DNA of 53,756 bases, from NCBI GenBank assembly GCA_010692635.1, contig JAAHGL010000014.1, positions 1 through 53,756 of the forward strand, read 5' to 3'. Of this stretch, positions 1-9,064 are shown piece after piece. Within the stretch, counting starts at the first letter, position 1. Each line of letters starts with the position of its first letter. The notes under the pieces are model-generated. The model was given only the letters and a program-made list of their open reading frames with translations, had not been told where the DNA came from and did no database searches. The stretch is from Symploca sp. SIO2C1. GTDB lineage: Bacteria; Cyanobacteriota; Cyanobacteriia; Cyanobacteriales; Coleofasciculaceae. Both the position numbers and the translations under genes were made by a program.

Positions 1-441
1 TCGAAGTGATGAGAAAATCTTTCAATCCCATATCAATCCCGATAGTTTTATCAGGATTGACATTGGGTTTAATGTTAGGGACAGTATGGTCTTGAAGGCT
101 GAAAGTTATGTAGTAACCATCAGCTTTTATGGAAATAATAGCTGTCTTCACTTTAAACCCATCTGGGATGTCCCGATGTTTGATGAACTTGATAACACCT
201 ATTTTAGGTAAAAGCACTTTGTTCCTTTGAATGCAACCCTCTTTCATCTGAGGAAAACAGAAGGAACGATAACGCCCTTTCCCTTTAAATCTAGGTTTTC
301 CTAGTCTTTTGCCGTTAACGTCAGATTTAAACCATCTATCGAAAGCAAACTTCACCCTTTTGATGCAGTCTTGAAGCACTTGAGAATGAATTCCCTTGTA
401 CTCTGGGAACATCTTCTTGCTATTGGTCAAGTCTCGCTTTT
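1..441 (-). mobile_element. tnpB: IS200/IS605-family TnpB (OrfB) fragment. N-terminal ~55 aa are missing and the C-terminal part runs off the window start.
   Basis: Minus-strand translation gives ...MFPEYKGIHSQVLQDCIKRVKFAFDRWFKS..GKPRFKGKGRYRSFCFPQ...IGIDMGLKDFLITS. These are characteristic TnpB/OrfB blocks (the EY.WLKEV..Q.LQQ..R.D.AFKNFF-like and GIDLGLK motifs). The reading frame is closed by a stop just upstream of the first Met. Confidence 0.6.
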
Positions 442-493
442 GTTAAATACCGCAAGAAAGCAATTACCCAACCAATACTTGAAAGATTGAGAG

Positions 494-786
494 AAATAAC
501 ACAGGAATTATCTGGCAAGTAGGGAGTAGTCGTACTAGAGTTTAATGGTGAAAGCGACCACGTTCACTTGCTATTTGAGTTCTATCCTCAAATGCAGTTG
601 TCAAAATTTGTTAACAGCCTTAAAACCGTAACCAGTCGATTAATTAGGAAACAATTCGAGGATAAACTTCCTGTTGCCCACAGAAGAAGGCACGTTTTTT
701 GGAACGAGTCTTATTTCATCGCTTCGTGTTGTGGGGTAACCGTTGATGTTCTCAAAAAGTATGTTGAAAACCAAGGGAAGGCTTAA
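494..786 (+). pseudogene. tnpA: IS200-family TnpA (HuH/Y1 transposase) C-terminal fragment, with the 5' end missing.
   Basis: ...FNGESDHVHLLFEFYPQMQLSKFVNSLKTVTSRLIRKQF...HVFWNESYFIASCCGVTVDVLKKYVENQ matches the HuH (HVHLL) and C-terminal region of IS200 TnpA. The frame opens directly after a stop, and the N-terminal ~55 aa are not encoded. Confidence 0.6.
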
Positions 787-1004
787 CTTTTCGCTCTACC
801 TACTTTCATTTTGCCCGCCATTCATCCTGTCTCCAAGCCTACGGCTATGGAGCGGGGCTTCTGGCGGTTGATGCTAATATATCTTGCTACTTACATTTCT
901 TAATTGTTAACATAAAATTATGTAAAAAAATATTGACATTATTGTTAATATGCTAGTCGAGTGCAACTAATCCTCAACAAAATAAATATAGGAAATAGCT
1001 TGCT

Positions 1005-2354
1005 ATGTCAAATGAGACAAAAACCCAGTCTCCTCATCACGTAGTAATAGTTGGTGGTGGATTTGGTGGACTTTATGCAGCCCAAGCACTAAGAAAAGCA
1101 CCAGTTAAAGTCACGCTTATTGATAAACGAAACTTTCATCTGTTTCAGCCTTTGCTTTATCAAGTTGCTACTGGCAAATTATCTCCTGGAGACATTTCCT
1201 CACCGTTGCGAGGGATACTCAGTCCCAATAAAAATACCAAAGTGCTGATGGGAGAAGTAACTGGTATAGACTCCAAACAACAGAAAATTCAACTGCACGA
1301 TGAAGAACTAAGTTATGATACCCTAATTGTTGCTACTGGGGTTAGCCATCATTACTTTGGCAATGACCAATGGGCACAGAAAGCTCCTGGCTTGAAAACG
1401 ATAGAAGATGCCCTAGAAATGCGGCGTCGTATTTTTTCAGCTTTTGAAGCGGCAGAAAAAGAAACTGACCCTGAAAAACGGCGTGCCTGGTTAACTTTTG
1501 TTTTGGTAGGAGGTGGACCAACAGGGGTAGAATTAGCAGGGTCACTAGCAGAACTAGCTTACCGTGCCCTCAAAGAAGATTTCCGTAATATCGACACCTC
1601 AGAAACCAAAATCTTGCTTTTAGAAGGGATGGATAGGATTTTGCCCCCTTATACCCTTGAATTATCAGCAAAAGCCAAAGCCTCACTAGAGTATTTGGGA
1701 GTCATGGTACAGACTGGCACTCTAGTTACCAATATTGAGGATAACTTGGTTACCATGCGTCGAGGTGAGCAAATTGAACAAATTTCAGCACAAACAATCC
1801 TTTGGGCAGCTGGAATGAAAGCATCTGGCATGGGAGCAGTGCTGGCAGAATCTACTGGTGTAGAACTTGACCGTGCAGGACGAGTAATAGTAGAGCCTGA
1901 TTTGAGTGTAACAGGACATCCGAATATTTTTGCGATCGGTGATTTGGCAAATTTTCCCCACCAATACGAAAATGGCAAATCCTTACCGGGAGTTGCACCA
2001 GTGGCAATGCAGCAAGGAAGCTATGTCGCACGTTTACTTAAGAAGCGACTACAGGAGAAGACTTTACCTTCCTTCCACTACAATGACTACGGCAGTTTGG
2101 CGGTAATTGGACGGAATGCAGCAGTAGCAGACTTGGGCTTTGTTAAGTTTGCTGGTTTTCCTGCTTGGCTGGCATGGGTTTTTATTCACATTTTATTTTT
2201 GATTGAATTTGATAATAAACTGTTGGTGATGATTCAGTGGGGCTGGGATTATTTAAGTCGCCAAGGTGGAGCTCGTCTAATTACAAATCAAAGCCGACAG
2301 CCACCTAAGGCAGTGGAAGAAGAAGAGAATCATCAAACACCAGTCAAGGTGTAA
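1005..2354 (+). CDS. ndbA: Type II NADH dehydrogenase (NDH-2, pyridine nucleotide-disulfide oxidoreductase).
   Basis: N-terminal FAD fold HVVIVGGGFGGLYAA. Second dinucleotide motif FVLVGGGPTGVELAG. C-terminal amphipathic/membrane tail. 449 aa. Confidence 0.8.
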   Translation: MSNETKTQSPHHVVIVGGGFGGLYAAQALRKAPVKVTLIDKRNFHLFQPLLYQVATGKLSPGDISSPLRGILSPNKNTKVLMGEVTGIDSKQQKIQLHDEELSYDTLIVATGVSHHYFGNDQWAQKAPGLKTIEDALEMRRRIFSAFEAAEKETDPEKRRAWLTFVLVGGGPTGVELAGSLAELAYRALKEDFRNIDTSETKILLLEGMDRILPPYTLELSAKAKASLEYLGVMVQTGTLVTNIEDNLVTMRRGEQIEQISAQTILWAAGMKASGMGAVLAESTGVELDRAGRVIVEPDLSVTGHPNIFAIGDLANFPHQYENGKSLPGVAPVAMQQGSYVARLLKKRLQEKTLPSFHYNDYGSLAVIGRNAAVADLGFVKFAGFPAWLAWVFIHILFLIEFDNKLLVMIQWGWDYLSRQGGARLITNQSRQPPKAVEEEENHQTPVKV

Positions 2355-2481
2355 TATCATATCCGGTTGAATAACCTGAAGGTGGGCACTGTAGATCCAA
2401 AATAGTGTCTCTCCTATGTCTGCTCTCTAGAGCAGCGATAAAACTGTAGTACTAACGCTTTCCTTTAAGAGTGCAACTACT

Positions 2482-4383
2482 ATGAGAATTTTGCTAATCG
2501 AAGATGATCACGAGCTCCGTATTAGCCTTGGCGATGCTTTAGCTAAACAAAATTACATTATTGATATAGCTGGGGATAGTCAAGAGGCTTTACACTTCCT
2601 AGATACTTTTCGCTATGATTTGCTGCTATTAGATATTGTGCTGCCTGGGGTTGATGGCATTACCTTCTGTAGGCAATTGCGCTCCCGTGGCTTCAAGATG
2701 CTGATTTTATTACTAACTGGCAGAGATGCTACTACTGATAAAGCCAAAGGTTTAGATGCAGGAGCCGACGACTACTTAATCAAACCCTTTGATTTGCAAG
2801 AGTTACTAGCTCGGATTCGTGCCTTACTCAGACGAATAAATTATCCCCTCCTCTCAACCCTAGAATGGGGTGAATTATCTCTAATACCCAGTAATAATGA
2901 GGTTACCTATCGCGATCAATCTTTAGATCTTACCCCAACAGAATATCATCTATTAGAGCTATTTCTTCGTAACAGTGATCGGATATTTGGCTACGATGAT
3001 CTGATCCAACACCTGTGGTTTTTTGAAACTCCTCCTACTGAAAACACTATCAGATCTCATATTAGAGGGTTGCGAAATAAGCTAAAAGCAGCGGGAGCTG
3101 GACGTGATTTAATTGAGACTATTTACGGTTTGGGTTATCGACTTAAGCAGGGAGAGAAAGCTGGAGATATAGGGGAGACAAAGATACAAAGATACCAGAA
3201 AAATATCCCCAACCTCCAGTCATTTTCTAACAGGGAACAACAAACCTTAGCAGCACTGCGACGCAGTTGGGAACATTTCAAAGACAGTGTTTTTGAGGAT
3301 ATAGCATTCTTGGAGGAGATTGCTATGAATGTAGAAAGATTGCAAACCAGTTTTCTTCGTTCACGAGCCATCAGAACAGTTCATAATCTGGTGGGATTAT
3401 TGGGGAGTTTGCGTTTGGCTGAAGCTACCAAGATTTGCCGTGAAATTGAAAATTTGTTCCTAACTAAGACACCTCTAAACTCAGAGCAGGTATTGCGGTT
3501 TGAGGAACTTTTAGCTACATTACCTCAGGTATTGGATCCACAGTCTTCCACAATTTTTGCTCCAAGGGAGCCATCTTCAATAGAAATACAAGGAAAGCGT
3601 CCTTTAGTATTAATCATTGATGATGATACAGAGCTCACTCAACAGTTACATAAACTAGGGAATGATTGGGGAATTCAGGTAGAGGAAGCCTCCAGCTTAT
3701 CCGTTGGTAGAGAAGAAATTGAACGTATTGATCCGGATCTAATTATTTTAGACTTGATCTTTCCCAACGAAATTGAAGATGGTTTAACGTTCTTAGCCGA
3801 ATTAAGTATCCTGAAACCTTCTATACCTGTCTTAGTACTAACAGTGCGTGGGGAGTTGAGCGATCGCCTACAAGCTTCAAGAGCAGAAGCTGTTGCTTTT
3901 TTGCATAAACCTTTTTCCCTAGAACAAATTCTGATAATGGTTTATCAAACTCTGCAACAATCTGGCTCCATGTCAGGGAAAATATTGGTAGTGGATGATG
4001 ACCCTACATTTCTCTCTTTGTTGCGGGATAGATTGGAGTCAAAAGAACTCCAAATCACTACCCTTACTGAGCCCCAACATTTCTGGGAAACTTTAGAAAC
4101 AGTATCACCAGATCTACTGATTTTGGATCTGATCATGCCTGATTTAGATGGCATTGAATTGTGCCGCGTAGTACGCAACGATCCTCAGTGGTACGAGCTA
4201 CCCATTCTATTTCTTACAGGTTATTCCAATCGAGGGAATATGCAACGATTGGTTGCTGCTGGTGCTGATGATTTCATTAGTAAATCAGTATTAGGCTTGG
4301 AACTACAGACTCGTATTTTTAGTCATTTGCAGCGAGTCCGACGGTTGAGACAAATGTCTGGAATTAGGAAAATCAAGTATTAA
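2482..4383 (+). CDS. Multi-domain response regulator with REC, OmpR-type winged helix, HPt-like, REC, REC domains (RcaC-like architecture).
   Basis: Residues 1-120 form a receiver (EDD...LLLLDIVLPGVDG...KPF). Residues 125-225 form an OmpR trans_reg_C domain (LTPTEYHLLELF...TIRSHIRGLRNKL...GLGYRL). Residues ~240-350 are helical with TVHNLVGLLGSLRL, a candidate HPt His. Two C-terminal receivers follow (LVLIIDDD..LIILDLIFP..HKPF and ILVVDDDP..LLILDLIMPDLDG..SKS). Confidence 0.7.
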   Translation: MRILLIEDDHELRISLGDALAKQNYIIDIAGDSQEALHFLDTFRYDLLLLDIVLPGVDGITFCRQLRSRGFKMLILLLTGRDATTDKAKGLDAGADDYLIKPFDLQELLARIRALLRRINYPLLSTLEWGELSLIPSNNEVTYRDQSLDLTPTEYHLLELFLRNSDRIFGYDDLIQHLWFFETPPTENTIRSHIRGLRNKLKAAGAGRDLIETIYGLGYRLKQGEKAGDIGETKIQRYQKNIPNLQSFSNREQQTLAALRRSWEHFKDSVFEDIAFLEEIAMNVERLQTSFLRSRAIRTVHNLVGLLGSLRLAEATKICREIENLFLTKTPLNSEQVLRFEELLATLPQVLDPQSSTIFAPREPSSIEIQGKRPLVLIIDDDTELTQQLHKLGNDWGIQVEEASSLSVGREEIERIDPDLIILDLIFPNEIEDGLTFLAELSILKPSIPVLVLTVRGELSDRLQASRAEAVAFLHKPFSLEQILIMVYQTLQQSGSMSGKILVVDDDPTFLSLLRDRLESKELQITTLTEPQHFWETLETVSPDLLILDLIMPDLDGIELCRVVRNDPQWYELPILFLTGYSNRGNMQRLVAAGADDFISKSVLGLELQTRIFSHLQRVRRLRQMSGIRKIKY

Positions 4384-4392
4384 GGATGAAGT

Positions 4393-6645
4393 ATGAATGG
4401 GAAATTCGCCATGGAGAATGAAGAATTACTAACTGCTCGCCAGTTAACATCCTCTATGCAAATCAATAATTTTGAGGAAAGGTTGCGAAGTATCCTCAAC
4501 ACTACCACTGAGTCAGTAATTTTGGCAGATCTTCAAGGAATCATTCTAGTAGCCAATGAAACTTTTGCTCAAAGATTAGGTAAGAGGATTGATGAAATTA
4601 TCGGTATGTGCATTTACGATCTCTTTCTACCTAAGCTACCCAACTTGAGAAAGGTCAGATTTGATGAGGTTGTGCAAACGCGCTCACCTATCCATTTTGA
4701 AGATAGGTGGAATGGTATACGGCTGGATAACTTGATCTATCCAGTGTTTGATGCTCAGGGAAAAGTTGCCAGATTTGCAGTTTTTTCCCGCGACATAACT
4801 GAGCATCAGCAAGCAGAAGAGTCCCTCAAACAGAGTGAGGAAAAGTTCCATCAGTTTGCAGAACATATCCGAGAATTATTTTGGATGTATGACCCTATTT
4901 TAGGTATTACTAAAAACATTATTAATCACAAACAAGCAGAAGAGGCGGTACGTAAGCTAAATGAAGAGTTGGGGATTACTGTAGCAGAAAGAACCATCTA
5001 CCTAGGGAGTGCCATTGAGAAATTGCAACAAGAGATTGTTAGACGCAAACAGGTGGAAGATGCATTAAGAGCAACTCAAGAACGCTTCCAATACCTTATT
5101 GCCTCCAACCCAGCAATAATCTACTCCTGTCATCCTGATGGCGATTACCCCACCACCTTCGTTAGCGAGAACAGCAAAGATATTTTAGGCTACACTACTC
5201 AAGAATGGTTAGCCGATCCTAAGTTTTGGGTGAACCGGATTCATCCTGAAGATGCTCCTAGAATCTTCGCTAACTTGTCTCCCTTGTTTGAGGAGGGACG
5301 CGATATCCATGAATACCGCTTCTTGCATAAAAATGGCACTTATCGATGGCTACGGGATGAAGCGAAATTGGTGCGAGACGAAGCTGGTTGTCCTTTAGAG
5401 ATGATTGGTTCTATAGTTGATATTAGTCCTCAAAAACACATAGAGCAGGAACTCCAAGCCAGCCAACAGAAATACAAAACCCTATTTGAAATTTTGCCTA
5501 TTGGGGTTTCTATCACCGATAAAGTAGGCAATATCATAGAAGCTAATCCAGCCTCAGAGGAGATTTTAGAAATATTAGGTGTACAGCAGAATCACCTAGT
5601 AGATAGGACAAATAAGGGAGGTAAGGAGACGCGGAGATTGGAAGACAAGGGAAATAAAGTGCTATGTACTAATACAACTCAGTATCAACAACAAATTATT
5701 CGACCTGATGGCAAACCGATAGTAGCTTCAGAGTTTGCCTGTAAAAGAGCCTTAAAAGAAAACAAAACAATTCAAAATGTAGAAATGGGAGTAGTCAAAC
5801 CAGAGCAGGAGACTACTTGGCTAAGTGTAACAGCTGCACCTATTCCCCTTAAAGATTATGGAGTAGCGATCGCCTACGTTGACATCACAGAGCGCAAAAA
5901 AGTAGAACGAATGAAGGATGAGTTTCTGGCGATCGCTAGCCATGAACTCCGTACTCCCCTTACTTCCCTACGGGGTTCCCTCGGATTACTTGCCACTGAA
6001 CGACTCGGCAACCTTACAGAACAAGGTCAACAGCTGTTAGAATTTGCGTTGCTGGACACTGAACGCTTGGTGCGTCTGGTTAACGATATCCTTGACCTTA
6101 AGCGTCTCAAGTTTGGCAAAAACGTTATCACCCCAAGTATTTGTCAGACACTTGAGCTAATTGAGCAAGTGATGCAAGTCATGCAACCCATCGCAGATTA
6201 TGCAGGGGTGAAGCTTTCAGTTGCTCGGATTTCAACTCCCGTGTTGGCAGATCGCGATCGCATCATCCAAGTTTTGACTAACTTGCTGAATAATGCTATT
6301 AAATTCTCCCCTCCAGGTAGTACAGTCTGGCTGAGTGCCGAACCTGGCGAGATACGGGAGACAAGGGAAACATTCCCAATTCCCAATTCCCAATTCCCCA
6401 ACATCTTATTTAAAGTTAAAGATCAAGGAAGAGGGATTCCCTCAGATCAACTCGAAAAAATCTTTGAACCTTTCAGACAGGTAAATGTCTCTGACTCTCC
6501 TCAAAAAGAAGGTACTGGCTTAGGTTTAGCCATTTGTCGCAGTATTGTGCAGCAACACGGGGGACGTATCTGGGTTGAAAGTACCCCCGGAGTTGGTAGT
6601 ATTTTCTACTTTACTCTGGCGATGTCGCCAGAAAAAAGTCTCTAG
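4393..6645 (+). CDS. Multi-PAS sensor histidine kinase (HisKA + HATPase_c).
   Basis: Repeated PAS-like blocks. H-box: FLAIASHELRTPLTSL. N-box: LTNLLNNAIKFS. G-boxes: DQGRGIP and GTGLGLAICRSIV. 750 aa. Confidence 0.85.
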   Translation: MNGKFAMENEELLTARQLTSSMQINNFEERLRSILNTTTESVILADLQGIILVANETFAQRLGKRIDEIIGMCIYDLFLPKLPNLRKVRFDEVVQTRSPIHFEDRWNGIRLDNLIYPVFDAQGKVARFAVFSRDITEHQQAEESLKQSEEKFHQFAEHIRELFWMYDPILGITKNIINHKQAEEAVRKLNEELGITVAERTIYLGSAIEKLQQEIVRRKQVEDALRATQERFQYLIASNPAIIYSCHPDGDYPTTFVSENSKDILGYTTQEWLADPKFWVNRIHPEDAPRIFANLSPLFEEGRDIHEYRFLHKNGTYRWLRDEAKLVRDEAGCPLEMIGSIVDISPQKHIEQELQASQQKYKTLFEILPIGVSITDKVGNIIEANPASEEILEILGVQQNHLVDRTNKGGKETRRLEDKGNKVLCTNTTQYQQQIIRPDGKPIVASEFACKRALKENKTIQNVEMGVVKPEQETTWLSVTAAPIPLKDYGVAIAYVDITERKKVERMKDEFLAIASHELRTPLTSLRGSLGLLATERLGNLTEQGQQLLEFALLDTERLVRLVNDILDLKRLKFGKNVITPSICQTLELIEQVMQVMQPIADYAGVKLSVARISTPVLADRDRIIQVLTNLLNNAIKFSPPGSTVWLSAEPGEIRETRETFPIPNSQFPNILFKVKDQGRGIPSDQLEKIFEPFRQVNVSDSPQKEGTGLGLAICRSIVQQHGGRIWVESTPGVGSIFYFTLAMSPEKSL

Positions 6646-6716
6646 AAATGCTTTAGGCAGTTTCAAGACTAAATCTGTGTTGAGAGAGACAATATTCCTT
6701 GCAAAATTATCTAACC

Positions 6717-7094
6717 ATGACAACTAAAAAAATTTTAATTATTGATGATGAATACCGTATCCGGGAAGTTATTAAGATGAGTTTAGAAATGATGGCAGGA
6801 TGGAAAGTATTAACCGCTAGTTCAGGTAGTGAGGGTTTAGCTATTGCCCAATCACAGCAACCTGACGCTATCCTCTTGGATATGATGATGCCTGATCTTG
6901 ATGGAACTCAAACCTTGGCAAGATTGCAAGCTGATACCACTACTCAGCAGATCCCTGTGCTGTTGCTAACTGCCAAAGCTCAGCCCATTGAACAGAAACA
7001 GCTGAGTGAGGGAGTACGAGCAGTGATGCAGAAACCCTTCGATCCTTTGCAATTGGCTAACCTGATAGCAGAAGCTTTAAGCTGGGCTCTTTAA
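6717..7094 (+). CDS. Single-domain CheY-like response regulator.
   Basis: MTTKKILIIDDE...AILLDMMMPDLDG...LLTAK..QKPF. The ORF track starts at 6699. The ATG at 6717 gives the canonical receiver N-terminus. Confidence 0.75.
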   Translation: MTTKKILIIDDEYRIREVIKMSLEMMAGWKVLTASSGSEGLAIAQSQQPDAILLDMMMPDLDGTQTLARLQADTTTQQIPVLLLTAKAQPIEQKQLSEGVRAVMQKPFDPLQLANLIAEALSWAL

Positions 7095-7258
7095 CTCTGA
7101 CAGCTAAAAGCAAGTAGGCTCTAGCATTGAGCGTTGATAAATAAAAATTCTCTTCAAGTCTCTCGATCTGCACAAGTTCTGCACAATTACCAACTAAGCT
7201 GAGGAGCAATTTGGCAAGTATAGAACTAGATCTCAGGCTTGAGCCTTATAAAAAGTAA

Positions 7259-7759
7259 ATGATTAAAGGAAATATTCTAATTGTTGATGATACTTGGTTA
7301 GACTTGATTGCTTTAACTAGAACCCTAACGACAGAAAGCTATAAAGTTCGGACAGCTGAGAATGGGCAGATAGCATTGAAAATTGCCAAGCTAGACCCTC
7401 CCGAACTGATTTTGCTCAATATTAGTATGCCAGGAATGAATGGCTATCAAGTCTGCCAACACCTCAAAGCTGATGTCCGAACTTGTGAAGTACCAGTGAT
7501 TTTTATCAGCACTCTGAATAATGTGGTGTATAAGGTAAAAGCTTTTGACGTTGGTGGCGTAGACTACATTATCAAGCCATGGTTTGATCAAGAGGTTTGT
7601 GCCCGTATCCAAAATCACCTGAGAATCCACAGACGGAAACAGTTACTCATCAAGCAAAATGCCCTGCTGCGAGAGCAAAATGCCTTGCTAAAAGATGAGA
7701 TACGTAAATTAGAATCTTGGCAAATAAGGAGTTTTTGTATTTCTGCTGACCTAAACTGA
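7259..7759 (+). CDS. Receiver-domain protein with a C-terminal coiled coil. The phospho-acceptor Asp is replaced by Asn (N54).
   Basis: IVDDT acidic pocket and K in IIKPW are present. The D site reads ELILLNISMPGMNG (codon AAT at 7418-7420). Paralogous to the N-terminal receiver of the hybrid kinase at 50286-52157, which reads LLDIKMPQMNG. Confidence 0.7.
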   Translation: MIKGNILIVDDTWLDLIALTRTLTTESYKVRTAENGQIALKIAKLDPPELILLNISMPGMNGYQVCQHLKADVRTCEVPVIFISTLNNVVYKVKAFDVGGVDYIIKPWFDQEVCARIQNHLRIHRRKQLLIKQNALLREQNALLKDEIRKLESWQIRSFCISADLN

Positions 7760-7789
7760 GCACAAGAATACAGGAGTTGAAGAGTTCAG

Positions 7790-7850
7790 GATTGATTAAT
7801 TATCAATTATCAATTATCCATTATCCATTATCCATTAGTAATTGATATTA
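7790..7850. repeat. Tandem heptamer array (AATTATC / CATTATC), STRR-like.
   Basis: gattaattatcaattatcaattatccattatccattatccattag, read directly from the sequence. Confidence 0.6.
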
Positions 7851-8062
7851 GTTATACAAATTGCAGATCCAAGGTATTACTACTCATGTCTTTGGGGGTA
7901 AGCAAATGGTATTTAAATCAATGTAAATTGGTATAAGAATTGTCATTAATTACCAGTTAATCTCGTTAAATGATGCAATGTTTCAATAGTTATTGACCAT
8001 TTTCAATGGAACAATTATCAATTTTCAGAGGACTTACTACTCTATAGTGTTGATTTCCTCTT

Positions 8063-8998
8063 GTGGGGATATCAAGGTTGCAAAAATTTATAATCAAACT
8101 AGTTATGTGCATTACAGGTTACCTAACAGACTTTTCCTTGCCAGAAATTTGTCAGTTGCTTGACAAAGGGCATAAAACTGCTTTGCTGAGGATTTATGCC
8201 TGCCTCCCAACTCCAATATCCTTGAGCAGAGTTCATTATATTTGGGTGTACCACGGCCGCATTGTAGCCATAGCTAAGCGGTTAGATGATCAGGGTTTAG
8301 TTTCACTAATTGTTCAAAGTCGGTGGATCAGCTCTCGTGCCTTCACTAGATTAATTCAACAATGCTCAACTAATCAACCTTTAGGTTCATACCTCAAAAG
8401 TCTAGGTGTGTTGCAAAGCAAACAACTGAAATGGTTATTTCAAGTGCAAGTTTTAAAGTCGATGTGTGCTTTGTTTCAACTCCAAGCAGGTAAATTCCAA
8501 ATCGACTTTAATGTGCCACTACCGACACGAGAAATGACAGGCTTGAGTATACCAACAACAGCGGCGACATTAATCGGGTTACGAGCGCTGACAAATTGGG
8601 ATGCCTTAGTCGATAAATTGCCTGCTCCTGACAGCAGTTTGGTAACTGTTATTTCCAGTAAATACCACTATCGATTAAGTACTCTAGAGTTGCAGATTTG
8701 GAAATATGCCAATGGAAAGACTTCTCTGAGTGCAATCGCCAAGCAGCTAAGACTACCTGTAGAAAAAGTGCAACAGATTGCATTTGAATTGATCGCAGTG
8801 GGTTTAGCAGAAGAAGTCCCCTTACTAATTTCTACTAGAGCTATACCAGTCGCTGAGCCTTTAGGTAGAGGATTGCCCGAAGAAACTTCCAAATCAAACC
8901 TCACTCAATCATTCATACAAAATTTAGTGGGTTTCTTGAGTAGTAAAGTGACAGCTCCCGTCGCTAAATCAAAAATTATAGCGCCGGCTTCTCGCTGA
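8063..8998 (+). CDS. Hypothetical protein with a probable DUF4388-type N-terminus.
   Basis: N-terminal GYLTDFSLPEICQLLDKGHKTALLRI resembles the DUF4388 signature (G.L..F.LPDLLQLL...KTG.L.V). Sits beside receiver genes. Start codon uncertain. Confidence 0.45.
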   Translation: MGISRLQKFIIKLVMCITGYLTDFSLPEICQLLDKGHKTALLRIYACLPTPISLSRVHYIWVYHGRIVAIAKRLDDQGLVSLIVQSRWISSRAFTRLIQQCSTNQPLGSYLKSLGVLQSKQLKWLFQVQVLKSMCALFQLQAGKFQIDFNVPLPTREMTGLSIPTTAATLIGLRALTNWDALVDKLPAPDSSLVTVISSKYHYRLSTLELQIWKYANGKTSLSAIAKQLRLPVEKVQQIAFELIAVGLAEEVPLLISTRAIPVAEPLGRGLPEETSKSNLTQSFIQNLVGFLSSKVTAPVAKSKIIAPASR

Positions 8999-9064
8999 CT
9001 CCCGGTAACCTGTCGGACATTTCACTAGAAGAATGAAGAATTATTTTTCTTGCATTCTAAATTC

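Noticed and set aside
900-1004. Sigma-70 promoter for the NDH-2 gene (TTGACA at ~930).
   Set aside because: The spacing to any TATAAT-like hexamer is non-canonical. Too uncertain to annotate without transcript data.
1342-1978. Minus-strand ORFs of 67 and 109 aa.
   Set aside because: They lie antisense inside the NDH-2 gene, which has strong conserved motifs. No independent support.
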